DNA of 62,911 bases, filler included, from Octopus bimaculoides (GCF_001194135.2; 6 parts of 6 records of this genome joined end to end with filler, not necessarily neighbours in it), one strand, 5' to 3'. Shown: positions 41,510-54,380, counted from the first letter of the whole stretch. A program made the numbers and translations. Notes: a model not told the origin generated them from the sequence alone.

Positions 41510-41803
41510 GATTGGACAAGGTGGGAGGGGTATCCTCGATGCATGAACAGACGAGCAAGATACTGGGACTGGGTCTCGAAATCCTGGTCCAGGCTGCACA
41601 AACGTCGGAGGCGGAGGAACTGGGAGTAGGGGATGGCTCGTTTGGTGTGGAATGGATGGGAGGAGGAGAAGTTGAGGTAGAGGTGGGAGTCAGTGGGTTT
41701 GAAGAAGGCGGAGGTAGTGAGAGTTGGAGGGGGGGTTGATGGAAAGAGAGATGTCGAGGAAGTTGACAGAGGTGTCAGAGATGGTGGAAGTAAAGTCAAG
41801 AGC
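41510..41803 (-). mobile_element. Penelope-like element, reverse transcriptase C-terminal fragment
   Basis: ALDFTSTISDTSVNFLDISLSINP / PTLTTSAFFKPTDSHLYLNFSSSHPFHTKRAIPYSQFLRLRRLCS, diagnostic PLE RT-thumb motifs. One frameshift in a C7 run; truncated by a scaffold spacer. Confidence 0.85.
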
Positions 41804-42189
41804 GACATACATACATGTGCATCGCGATGTAATGACCGTGGATTTACGTGCAGTGTACATGTATATAAGTGTGTGCAAAACTAGACATTTGATAAACACA
41901 AGAGACCTGATAACTGGAGACCTGTTGCTTAGTTGTCAAATAAGCCAATACAACCTGTTGCGAGATCGTGTTTGTCGATGACTAATCTTGCAATGCCACC
42001 TAGACTTCAGGCAAAGATCATGAAATTAGGACAATCTGATTTTATTCAACATATTCCCCGCTCAGATTCAGTTTTTCTAAGCTCTGTAAAAGAACTCGGA
42101 AGATTGGGTCTCAAGCCAGGCCTTTCGCATTACTCTTAAAGCCAGGAACTTTTCAGTGCCCACTCGTATATGTGTGTGTATTATATGCA

Positions 42190-42259
<70 letters not shown>

Positions 42260-42302
42260 ATTATATATTATTTATATATATATATATATATATGTATGTG
42301 TA

Positions 42303-43097
42303 GGGTGGTTCAAAAATTAGTACGCATTAAAATTTGGTAATAAATTCCATGTTCCTTTTGCAAATTTATTGAAACAAATTATACATGTTCTTCATTACAT
42401 GGGAAAAGGAATGTAAATCTCCATATTTCAACGTAAGCACCGGTGGCGTCAAACGGCCAGGGATAGACGGAACAACTTTCTCTAGGACGTCGACTGGGAT
42501 ATCATTGAGAACCTCCTGAATCCGTGTCTCCATTGTGCGAAGTTTTGTCATGTACACCTCTCTGCTTTTGTGTAACCCCGACCTAGCATTAACTTTTTTG
42601 AGTAATGCCAACCTAGCATTAATTCTCCATGTTCCATTTTGGGGTCACTGTCTGCACGTAATGGGGTTTCCACGGAAGAAAATTCAAATCTTTATGCAAC
42701 ACCTTACGTATTGTGTGTCTTGTTAGTCCACTTTCACGAGCAGTTTGACGTGTTGACTTTTGCAGGCTGCGATTAAATATTTCCTGCCCTGTTGGTACGT
42801 CCTCCACTGATCGGGATATGGCTGGACGGCCACTTCTTCTTGCATCGCTCACAGAGCCCGTGGTCATCAGCTTTGCAGGACAATTTTTTATTGTTTCCGG
42901 ACAATGCTTATCCACACTTCATAGTGTGCTACTATCTTAGCTCGCTCTTGAATAGACAAGCGACCGGTCATCTGAAAAAATAAGAAATAAGAAATGAGAC
43001 AATAAGAAAATATGAAATCCCCTTTTGTGTTGTCGGTTTAAAAAAAATGTTTTCGGCATGACTTCAGTGATACTAAAAATTTTATAAGCGATTTCTA
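42303..43097 (-). mobile_element. Tc1/mariner-superfamily transposon, internally deleted
   Basis: Minus-strand remnants TGSVSDARRSGRP...KSTRQTARESGLTRHTIRKVLHKDLNFLPWKPHYVQ and EVYMTKLRTMETRIQEVLNDIPVDVLEKVVPSIPGRL. TA-gggtggttcaaaaa terminus at 42301; the other end probably lies in the gap. Confidence 0.8.
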
Positions 43098-43377
43098 NNN
43101 NNNNNNNNNNNNNNNNNNNNNNNNNNNNNNNNNNNNNNNNNNNNNNNNNNNNNNNNNNNNNNNNNNNNNNNNNNNNNNNNNNNNNNNNNNNNNNNNNNNN
43201 NNNNNNNNNNNNNNNNNNNNNNNNNNNNNNNNNNNNNNNNNNNNNNNNNNNNNNNNNTTACAGGTAAAAACTCAATTAAAATCAATTTATAAAAAATTAA
43301 AATTAAAATTAAATTGAGCTTTATAGATAGGGATTTTCATCGATGAGTTCTTGAAACTTGGTTATTTTCCCTAAAAC

Positions 43378-43462
<85 letters not shown>

Positions 43463-43474
43463 TTCAAATTTATA

Positions 43475-43640
43475 GAAAACAAAAGACGAAGGCAGGTGTA
43501 GGAACAACAAGCAGGTTTAATAGTTTAACGCCCGGGAAGAATGGAAAAGTCTTTTACTTTTCGAGTCTACGCCCTTCGACAGAATGGATTAAGAGGAATA
43601 GAGCGAAAAAAACGTGCAGAGTTCAACGGTCCTACATGAC
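43475..43640 (-). mobile_element. Second, more diverged copy of the hammerhead-like repeat
   Basis: aaaagacgaag...tagtttaac...aaagtcttttac...cttcgacagaa shared with 11948-12135. Confidence 0.55.
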
Positions 43641-43825
43641 AATATATATATATGTCTCTGTGTATTTGTGTGTGTGTGCAATATTTTGGACTAATGGGTA
43701 TACGTCAATTAGTATGTTGATGTGCTGAGTAAAGCACTGGCATGGTTTGTGATAGCTGATGTTATTTGAAGTTGGGCTATATTTCCGTTCGATCTCCTTC
43801 AGAAATTCCGCAGTGTTAACTGACA

Positions 43826-43930
43826 TAATAATTGATTAAGGGAAAAGAAGATGGATTTGGTATTGGTCTTTATTTTGAACGAGGAAAAACCAATATCAAA
43901 TCCATCTTCTTTTTCCTTAATCAATTATTA
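43826..43930. repeat. 105-bp palindromic element with 42-bp arms and a 21-nt loop
   Basis: 43826-43867 versus the reverse complement of 43889-43930 shows 40/42 identity. Confidence 0.85.
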
Positions 43931-45664
43931 TATATATAAACATACGTGTGTATGTGTGTATAAGTAGGTATGTGTATGTAAGCATATAGATGTATATACA
44001 TACATATATATACGTATATACATAGAAATGTTAAACTAATATGTCCATTTGTTGTTTACACCACCTGTCTTCGTCTGTTGTTTTTTTCGTAAATTCTCCC
44101 ATATATATATNNNNNNNNNNNNNNNNNNNNNNNNNNNNNNNNNNNNNNNNNNNNNNNNNNNNNNNNNNNNNNNNNNNNNNNNNNNNNNNNNNNNNNNNNN
44201 NNNNNNNNNNNNNNNNNNNNNNNNNNNNNNNNNNNNNNNNNNNNNNNNNNNNNNNNNNNNNNNNNNNNNNNNNNNNNNNNNNNNNNNNNNNNNNNNNNNN
44301 NNNNNNNNNNNNNNNNNNNNNNNNNNNNNNNNNNNNNNNNNNNNNNNNNNNNNNNNNNNNNNNNNNNNNNNNNNNNNNNNNNNNNNNNNNNNNNNNNNNN
44401 NNNNNNNNNNNNNNNNNNNNNNNNNNNNNNNNNNNNNNNNNNNNNNNNNNNNNNNNNNNNNNNNNNNNNNNNNNNNNNNNNNNNNNNNNNNNNNNNNNNN
44501 NNNNNNNNNNNNNNNNNNNNNNNNNNNNNNNNNNNNNNNNNNNNNNNNNNNNNNNNNNNNNNNNNNNNNNNNNNNNNNNNNNNNNNNNNNNNNNNNNNNN
44601 NNNNNNNNNNNNNNNNNNNNNNNNNNGGCATTATGCCGGTAATAAACACACGCACTGGTTCAGTCCTTTATTAATTTAATTTATATAGTTTTTTGTTAAA
44701 TTATTTCATTGCACTCTTGCAATCTCTTCAGTAACTTGTCTCTCCACTTCCATTTATTTTGAATATATGATCTGGCGTTGTTTTGGCGTTGTTTCGAAAC
44801 TGTTTGGTATGAGCATGTGAGTGTGTGCAAGTTCGTATGTGTGCACGCTCATATGTGTGCACGCACTTATGTGTTCGTGCTTATATGTAAGTATGTGCGT
44901 CCATATGTGTGTTTGTAACAATTTCGTTTATATCAGATCAGATAGAGACTTTTTGAAAAACTATCAACGATTGAATCATTTTATGTTCATCATTTTATGT
45001 TCATCATGACATGAAGAAGCTGTAATGAATACTCTAGAAACAAATGAAAGATATGGATTAGTATTCCTGAAAGAAAATTGTCTAGTTATACTAAACTCAT
45101 GAAAGGTAAGCGTTCTCTGTAACATGTGTCTCTCAACTACTTAATACTTGAAGACTGTAACATACTGAAACACACCTAGTTTATTGCGAAGGAATATTAC
45201 GCCTCACTCATGTGGGTGATGTACACAAGAATCTGCTGTAAAGATATCGTTAAAAACTACATTCAGTCAACCGTTTTCACTACGCCGCCTACTGCACAAT
45301 TCTACAATTACATTCTCACGTTTGCTCCTAGATTTAGAAACCAACGTAGGAACTTTTCGTAGTCGTTCAACGTGCTAGTCATAATAACACAATTTTCCTC
45401 AACCCACACCTTATCCTCACCCTTTAGAAAGAAAATGCTATCTTAGACCACATTAGCAAACGTAATATTCAATATATGATGCCTATATATAAAATGGGAT
45501 AGTCATGCCTGGAACGCTTCTAGTTTATACGTCATAGAGTTGATCCTTCGGAATAAATAGTCAAAATGGCCGACAAATATTTCAGCTGGTGTTTCATCAT
45601 ATCTTATTCATGTCTTTAATTAGATATTACTATCAATTGTAAGAATTTCCTTTCAGTTTCCGGA

Positions 45665-46048
45665 TTCTTTTATTCTTTTGTTTGTTTCAGTCATTTGACT
45701 TCGGCCATGCTGGAGCACCACCTTTTTGTCGAAGAAATTGTCCCCAGGACTTATTCTTTGTAAGTCTGGTACTTATTCTACAGGTAAGTTTTGCCGAACT
45801 GCTAGGTTGTCATCAGTTGTCAAGCGGTGGAGGGGAGACAAATACAGACACAAAGACACACGCACATCAAAACACACACACACACATATTAGGGCTTCTT
45901 TCAGTTTCCGTCTACCAAATCCATTCAAGCCTTTAGTCGGCTCGAGGCTATAGTAGAAGACACTTGCCCAACGTGCCAAGCAGTGGGACTGAACCCGGAA
46001 CCATGTGGTCAGAAAGCAAGCTTCTTACCACAGAGCCACGCCTGCGCG
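45665..46048 (-). mobile_element. SINE family A, full length
   Basis: Reverse complement of the complete element. Confidence 0.85.
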
Positions 46049-46199
46049 TATATAAAAAAAAAATATGGAGTTCTTCACGAATTTGCATGTCATCCTTGCG
46101 CAGGATGTTGACAGAATCTCCCACAATTGCCATCTTTCAATTTCTGAATTTTAAATAAAAATATTTCACTGATGAAACGTGTGTCTGTTCTTCATCCAG

Positions 46200-46256
<57 letters not shown>

Positions 46257-47485
46257 TACACACACATGTAAGCGTATGTATGCGTGCAAGTATGAGTGTT
46301 TGAGCTTGTGCGTATGATGGCTCAATTCGCATTCGAGTAAGACTGTTTCCTAGTTATGATGTATAAGGTTAACAGTGCAGATTTAAGTGGTTGCTTGCCT
46401 TCAGGTGACATTTGAATTACAGAACAGCTTTTAAAAACTTATATATTGAGCAAGATAGCGAGAACAGAGCAGTTCTTATGTTTAGTTTATATATTTTTAT
46501 CCAACTTTTTAGGCTCCAGCTGCCAACAGGTTCCAGCAAGGAAGGATTTTGTACACAAAGTAAATCCCTTTTACACCAAACAGAAAAATTCTTCAGGACG
46601 GTGGACTCCAAGTATAGAACGTAATCTCCACAAGAATCGTCTTTGATGGTGTGTTCACTTTGCTAGAGTATATAATCAATCTGTCTCGAAATAACTATTT
46701 TACTGCGAAAATTTTCCTGAATATTGGCTCCTATGCAAACCAAACGCTCGTTACGATGACAGGCTAAAAAGTTCTCCAAAGGAAACATGCCAGTCAATGA
46801 CTAGGAAGAACTGGAGCATGACAGACCCCTTGGAGGAACATTTAATCTAAAACTGCCAAACAAAACGAAATAGAATATAAGACCAAAAACTTAAACGTAT
46901 GCCTTGTGTAAATGAAAATATTGATATCCCGTAAAAAGCAGATTTTCATGTGTAAGGTCTGTGAGAGATTCTGCCTTTCTAAATTAAGACTAGCTTGTCA
47001 TCTAAGATCGCACAAATCTACCTAAGCTACAGGTTACGATATGGGAAATGCTGTCCTATCCAAAAAACTGTGCTCTTGTTGCCCATACTCTTGAAAATAT
47101 TTGAAGAGTTAGAGACAGCTTCTTTGCTGCTATGAAGAACTTTGGTCCCATAATCATCATAAAGAAAATTGAAATCATGCATCAAAGTATACCTAGAGCT
47201 AGATGCTTCCTGAGTAATTTTGTGACCACTCTGGATGCAAATGACCAGTGTAGATTCCAGAAAACTGGCTACAGGTTTCGATATCTTGTACAGAATTGGC
47301 AAAGCAATTTTTGCTTTTGAGGGTCAGGGAAATTGGCTTTGGAATGATTTAGATATTTCACTACATACGATGATTCAAAATATAAAACAGTTGTACTAAG
47401 TACACTATTCTGTGGGATAGAATTATAGACTCTATCTATTGTATAGATAGATGAAATAATTTAACCGTTCCTATCTTCATTGTTT

Positions 47486-47740
47486 TCACAAAATCTGAAA
47501 GCCAAATGGCCGGACATAATACCCGATACAAAAGTCATATCACGTCACAAAATCAGTGGTATTCAACTTTTACAATTGAAACGTAAACTTCGTAGATATG
47601 GCGTTCGGGCTTCGATACAAAACGATTGCATTCCCAAACCAAACTTTTACAGTCAGCTTAACAGAGATAAGTATTGTGCTGAAGAACAAATGAAGGGATT
47701 TAAAGATTACTTGAGGCAAAATTTGATGATGTGTCATATA
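47486..47740 (+). mobile_element. RTE-clade LINE, decayed C-terminal ORF fragment
   Basis: IPDTKVISRHKISGIQLLQLKRKLRRYG...DCIPKPNFYSQLNRDK...MKGFKDYLRQNL resembles the RTE/BovB LRWxGH...RIPKQxFYxxL...RFKDxLK tail. Confidence 0.7.
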
Positions 47741-47854
47741 AGTGAAGCCTGCGACTTCTGTTTCAGTTTCAGCGTTTAATTGTGGTGACTGATAAACTCT
47801 CTTCACAAATGCCGTTGAAGCCCTTGTAGCGAAAAGAATCTGAAAGGATGCCCA

Positions 47855-48017
47855 AAGGCAGGAGTGGCTGTGTGGTAAGTAACTTGCTTACCAACCTCAT
47901 GGTTTCGGGTTCAGTCCCACTGCGTGGCACCTTGAGCAAGTGTCTTCTACTATAGCCTCGGGCCGACCAAAGCCTTGTGAGTGGATTTGGTAGACGGAAA
48001 CTGAAAGAAGCCCGTCG

Positions 48018-48109
<92 letters not shown>

Positions 48110-48310
48110 TGTGTCTGTGTTTGTCCCCCACCATCGCTTGACAACTGATGTTGGTGTGTTTACGTTCCCGTAACTTAGCGGTTCGGCAAAAAGAGACTGA
48201 TAGAATAAGTACTAGGCTTACAAAGAATAAGTCCTGGGGTCGATTTTCTCGACTAAAGGCGATGCTCCAGCATGGCCGCAGTCAAATGACTGAAACAATT
48301 AAAAGAGTAA
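47855..48310 (+). mobile_element. SINE family A, full length with long (AT)(GT) core
   Basis: gcaggagtggctgtgtggtaag...cagtcaaatgactgaaacaattaaaagag. Confidence 0.9.
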
Positions 48311-49559
48311 AGGAACCAAAATTGATTTCGATGTCTTGTAGCTTTTTCTTCTTGGTCACTCAAAACTATGACTTCCTAATTCTTAGGTAGGCTTTTATAT
48401 GTGTATTTATGTATGTATGTATGTATGTATGCATGTTAACATCCTCGTTCTGGCCTATATTAGCCATATAGACTCAATTGTTGAGCGTCAAGAGGAAGGT
48501 TGCATCACAAATATTTTTCCAGTGACCAATTTACAACAGTGTAAATGGTGAATTACACACAATCACTAATATAAATAACAGTGGGAATTTTTTCTTTTTC
48601 TAATGGATAAAATAGAGTTCTGAAAACTTATCGCTGCTATTATGTTAAACTGTCGTATGTCAAAATTTGGCCAAATGCGTTTTTTCTTTTTGTTAATTTT
48701 TATTTTTGCTTGCAATAGCCGGTACTTTCGGTCAAACTATCATATCTCCAGCTGCTTCAGATACCAAGATATGAAAAATTGTCAAAGTGTACTACAACGG
48801 TTTTGCTATGGAATGATGAGACAATTTTTTCGTTTTCTGAAAAAGCAACGTTTTAGACTTACAACACATTTGTATTATAAGAACGATATATTTTCTCCGT
48901 TGCCTTAGTTACAAATTAATAGTTTCCTAATATTTTCCTCTGTTATTAATGCTAAATAAATATTATGCAATTAGTTGTATTTAATTTAGTTGTGAGGTTT
49001 GATCTGAGAGACTGCCTGAAAAATAAACATTTTTTTCTCCTATTATTTCGCATTCAGTTCTTTTGTCTAAATGAAGAGGCGCTAGTGGAATCATGTTTAG
49101 TTTGTGTTCAGAGTATTAATTAGCTTTAATCACACCCTATCTTTAGGGTAATAAGTGTTATGTACTAAGTGTCCTAAACAAGAATACACTTCCCACGTTA
49201 GCATCAGCAAAAACATCGAATTTTGGATCCTAACTCATTTGCGGTTCATTGTTGTCCCTGTAGTCGATGTTGTTGACGGCAAGAAAGTTTATAATGATAA
49301 TACGTACGATAAATTGTTTTACGTGTGTAGTATTTACAGCGAAAATAGATGTGGCAAATTTTTCAATGGTATCGATATTAAAAGTAAAAATACCCGCTAC
49401 GAATCCATCAATTCTCTTTCATCATCTGACTAACTTCTTCTGTAATTTTATTTTATTTCAAGTGTATAACGTACATGTATTTGTGCTTGTCAGTTCATTT
49501 GACAAGCCTCTGCAGCTTGGCGCTTTCTATGAATGTACACACTTGCATGATAGCAGTGC

Positions 49560-50090
49560 CAAGACCATATCAAAAGCGCGTCGGATGAATAGCCAGCTTG
49601 CTAGCAGCTGTGCTCAACAGGTTAGGCAAGCATAGGGTTAACCTGCAGGCAGCACTTCCAAATGGTTACGTGATTGCTTGCTTGTTGAACATTTTTAAAG
49701 AGTCATTCTCAACATGCTAGCACCTGGGTGGAGACCCCAATTTTCTCTCTTGTAACAGAGGAGATAGCAATGCATTTCCTTGACTAGTGTTGTTATTAAC
49801 ACCATACATGCAATGAGTAAACGAGTCGATTTTCTGGAACATTTCATCTTTCACATTCCACAACTGTCTTAGTTAACTAAAAGTCTCTTGGCAGGAAGTA
49901 TCCTTTCTTGCCGTGTTCAGAGATTCGGATTCTCTCGATCGGCCAATGTACTGACACCGTTGCAGCTTGTGAAGTCTCGCAAGGTCAGTTATGCTGTCAC
50001 AGATACTGTCTCCAAGGAAACTTGCAAGCTCGCTGCTTTCAACATACCGGGTGCGATTTCGTGTCCCATATTTTAACCGATAGAACACGT
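49560..50090 (-). mobile_element. Decayed DNA transposon fragment with XPG/FEN1-like region (Academ-like)
   Basis: Minus-strand remnants LH..GC.TVS..GR, TFS*LRQLWNVKDEMFQKIDSFTHCMYG and NVQQASNHVTIWKCCLQVNPMLA*PVEH resemble the GCDTVS / FTC-MY / H..RAN.Q..IW...P.P..HGW series. Many stops; superfamily assignment is tentative. Confidence 0.5.
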
Positions 50091-51163
50091 GATGTCATTC
50101 TGGAAGTCAAGTCAAAACTTTAGGACATTAAAGATTTTGGCTTTGAAGACAACTGCGTTGAGCACAATGCCGTTAAAATTATATATTTTAACAGCATTGG
50201 AATATATGTAGTAGTAGTAGTGGTTCACCTCTAGGCATATTTTGGAAAAACAATACATCCAAGGAAATAAAAATTTTTAGAGAAAAAAATTTGACTGAAA
50301 TTTCTAGCAATTTTCATCTCAAATGTAACTCAGTCAAATCTGAAGATAAAAAATCAAACAGAATCCAGTGATACAATCATAAAGACTAAGGTATAGCTTC
50401 ACTTGCATCAGCACCACCGCCGTCACAGCCACACCACCACAAACACCACCGCTGCTATCGCCGCTACCATCGCCGCCACCGCCAAGGCTACCACCACCAC
50501 TAACACCGCCGCTGGTGGCGCTGCCACCACCAGCAACATAAAAAATAACATAAAACACCAGCAGTTTGGAATACCACTATCACGAACCACAACAATGATC
50601 AATGTGACAATGATGGGGTCTCTACGTGGTAGCATGACTTGCTAGAAAAAGTAAACAATATCCCTTAAATCACACCGTCTTTTAAAAAGTGTACATTAGA
50701 CAGTATAATCCTCGTTGCATTGTGTCCGTAAAACAGAACTATGAAAAACGTGATGGTTACAGCTTGAAATATTTTTGATCATAGGTCTGTTTAAACAGAC
50801 GAAGTAGGTTTTAGCAATAACAGCAGCAACGACGACGACGACGACAACAACAACAACAAAACACTCACTGACCTATAGAAGTACCCTTCTTCGTGGCCGC
50901 TTGGCTGTTAAGTATAGCAACTGAATGTCTCTCAAATAACACCGTCTTAACAATGTTCACTTTGGTCAATGTAATCCTAGTTAGGCTATGTCTGAAAAAA
51001 AAGTAAAATACTGAAGAAATAAATCGGCGTGATGGTTACGGCTGGAATATTTAGTTATAGGTCTCCTTGCTCAAAAGTAACTTGGGTTTAAAGAAAACAA
51101 AGAAATAGAAGAAGGAGGAGGAGGAGGAGGAGGAGAAGAAGAAGAAGAAGAAGAACAACAACA

Positions 51164-51198
<35 letters not shown>

Positions 51199-51489
51199 AA
51201 CAGCAACAACGACACAACCACTAGAGTGCCTTCAAATCATACCTTACTCTTTAAAAAATGCAGGCTACCTTAGATAATTTAGACAAATATCGTCTAATTG
51301 CACCTTGCCACTGGATACAATAAATATATTATTATTATCATTATCTTTTTGCATGTCATCAAAATGACACTGGGGTAAAAGATAGGAAGCCTAGTATAGC
51401 CATCATGACTACACGTCAGATAAGGATACACCAGGCATATGCATCACAACCATGACCTTGCAAGTCAGTTAGAATTTTCTTCAGGTAGA

Positions 51490-51762
51490 GTAGCCTATCC
51501 CACTCAAAAGGTCCCTGAATAAGATTAGTTTAAGGATGTTGAACGAAACACCCATGTTTCCAGTAGTGAATCATCCAAACCCCAAAGAATTCCTCTCAAC
51601 ACATGGCAATGATGCTCTCCCACTACTTATCCTTATGATCAGAGATACACATATCGTGAGCCCCCAAAGGACGGACATGCTCCACTGGTTAAAGTCAAAC
51701 AACTGACAAGCGAATCTGTGGTATTGAGCAGAATATTTGCTGTAGCCCATTTTTTATACCAA
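51490..51762. repeat. Interspersed repeat family D, class unknown
   Basis: Reverse-complement similarity to 57850-58105 (aaaaggtccctga..., ctctcaacacatggc..., tcaaacaactgacaagc). Confidence 0.6.
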
Positions 51763-51765
51763 TAA

Positions 51766-52238
51766 TTACGATACTATGAAAATGAGAATAACCAAAGAAC
51801 GGAAAACCACAGATCTTAGAATGGACCACAGATTATATCTCCCAAAAATCAAAATAGACAATAAAACAACATCAATAATAAATAGCATCAACCTGACCGT
51901 CACGGAACTAACAACCACAGAAAAAACTGGCAATATTACTGAGCTAAATGACATAATATATGCGGCAGCCACTGCAGCCACAAAAGAAGCAGGATACTCA
52001 CTCAAATCCATCCGAACAGGAGTTCTACCACCCAAACATACCTTGTGGATAAATAATATCCAGAACAAAATTAAAAAAAAGAGAAAAGATTTATCGATTC
52101 TCAACGAAATTAGTAGACAATCAACACAACTAAGTAACAAGAAGAAAACAAAAATACTGTACAAATACAGCATTACAGAAAAAGACTTACCTGAAGCAAA
52201 AGAAAAACTAAAGCAAGACATCCTTGCCAAAGCACAAA
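51766..52238 (+). mobile_element. R4/Dong-clade non-LTR retrotransposon, ORF region upstream of RT
   Basis: Stop-free ORF of about 150 aa: RLYLPKIKIDNKT...ELNDIIYAAATAAT...WINNIQNKIKKKRKDLSIL...KEKLKQDILAKAQ. Cut by a scaffold spacer. Confidence 0.75.
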
Positions 52239-52349
52239 NNNNNNNNNNNNNNNNNNNNNNNNNNNNNNNNNNNNNNNNNNNNTTAATTAATTAANNNNNN
52301 NNNNNNNNNNNNNNNNNNNNNNNNNNNNNNNNNNNNNNATATATATATT

Positions 52350-52406
<57 letters not shown>

Positions 52407-52433
52407 ATGTATTTATATATATATATATGTATG

Positions 52434-52464
<31 letters not shown>

Positions 52465-52716
52465 GTATGTATATATATGTATATATGTATATAGTTATGT
52501 GTGTGTTTGTGCTTGTCCCTCCACAGTCGCTTCACAACCGATATTGGTGTGTTTACGTCTCCGTAACTTAGCAGTTCGGCAAAAGAGACCGAGAGAATAT
52601 GTATTAGGCTTACAAAGAATAAGTACTGAGATCGATTCGTTCGACTAAAATTTTCCAAGGCGGTGCTCCAACATGGCCGAAGTCTAATGACTGATATAAA
52701 TAGAAGATAAAAGATA

Positions 52717-52765
<49 letters not shown>

Positions 52766-52828
52766 AGCACACACATACACACACAATACACAAATCTCGC
52801 GATTTTTAAGTAAGCTGAAGTTATCAGC

Positions 52829-52917
52829 GAGCAGTTTAGCTTAGTGGTAAAGCACTTAGCCGGAATCTTGGAGAATGTGGGTTCGAGTCCCATGGCTATT
52901 TGTTGTCAACTTTTTTT
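52829..52917 (+). other. tRNA-like sequence (pseudogene or SINE head) with Pol III boxes
   Basis: A box TAGCTTAGTGG, B box GGTTCGAGTCC and a T7 run at 52911-52917. The anticodon arm is degenerate; related to 59153-59225. Confidence 0.55.
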
Positions 52918-53439
52918 CCGCCTTATAAGGGTAATTTACCTGTTATTTCTGCTGTTTTAACAGCAATACTGCGTTAGAAAAATATATTATTGTTTGTATC
53001 GTACAATACACATTTCGACGCTTCTAATAAAAACACAAATAAGTTTGTTTATATATAAATTATATGGCTGTTTATATATATATATATACACACACCCATT
53101 TAACTAGAATCAGAAGACAAATCCGCCAAAAATACGTTGGGCTTTCCATGCTGACGAAGACATTACGAATGATGTGTGGAAGTTTGAAGTAATAATTCCT
53201 TGTTTGTTCCCATCAACCATTTATGCACTCACAATATTCACGTGAGAAACGGTTCACTAATTAACTTTCGAAGTTCTGTCACTGTCGTTTCTTGGAAACG
53301 CCTATTCCTTAGTGTTGTGTTTCAAATGGGGTTTGCCCACCCGCGCTCCCTTTTTTTTTCTTCTTTTTTCTTTTTTTTTGAGGAAAAGAGACTCGCAGCG
53401 GTATGTATGGCTGCTGCAGAATGGCAAGGTGATGCGAAA

Positions 53440-53508
53440 ATAACAACAATAACGACGGCGATGACAACGACGACGATGAGGATGATAGTACTGACGATGG
53501 CAATGATG

Positions 53509-53540
<32 letters not shown>

Positions 53541-53910
53541 GATGACGACAACGATGATGATGATGATGATGATGGTGGTGATGATGATGGTGATGGTGAT
53601 AATGACGATGACGATGATGACGATGACGATGACGATGATGACGATGACGATGACGATGATGATGATGACGATGATGACGATGATGATGATGACAAGGATG
53701 ATAATGGTGATGGTGATAATGACGATGACGATGATGATGGTGATAGTGATGATGACAGTAAATGATGATGAAGCTGACACGGGTGATGATGTTGGTGATG
53801 ATGATGATAATGATGCTGACAACGATAGTGAATGATGATGACGATGATGACAAGGATCATGACGATGATGTTGACAGTGGTGATAATAATGATGATGGTG
53901 ATGATGATGA
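53440..53910. repeat. (GAT/GAC)n tract
   Basis: Direct reading. Confidence 0.9.
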
Positions 53911-54227
53911 CCTGATATGAGGTCACAAGAACGTAGCTGCAAGTCAAAATATCTTTTATCGATGAAGGAACTAAAACGAAGAATGGTAAGAAGCGTGTCA
54001 ACCATTATCACAAGACAGCAACCCCACCCACCACCTCTCCCCGTCCCTCTCAACCCCCTCCTCGCCTCACCTTCCCCTTAATCAAATGTGGAGCAGCAGA
54101 AAGAGAAAAATCAGCAGGATACACATACACACACACACACAAATATACATATGTATATATAGCTATATATATATATGTGTATGTATGTGTGTGTGTATGC
54201 ATGTATACATATATATGCATATATATT

Positions 54228-54277
<50 letters not shown>

Positions 54278-54342
54278 ATATATAATGCGTGTGTGTTTGC
54301 ATCTACATGCATCTATAGATATATATATTTGTGTGTGTATAT

Positions 54343-54380
<38 letters not shown>

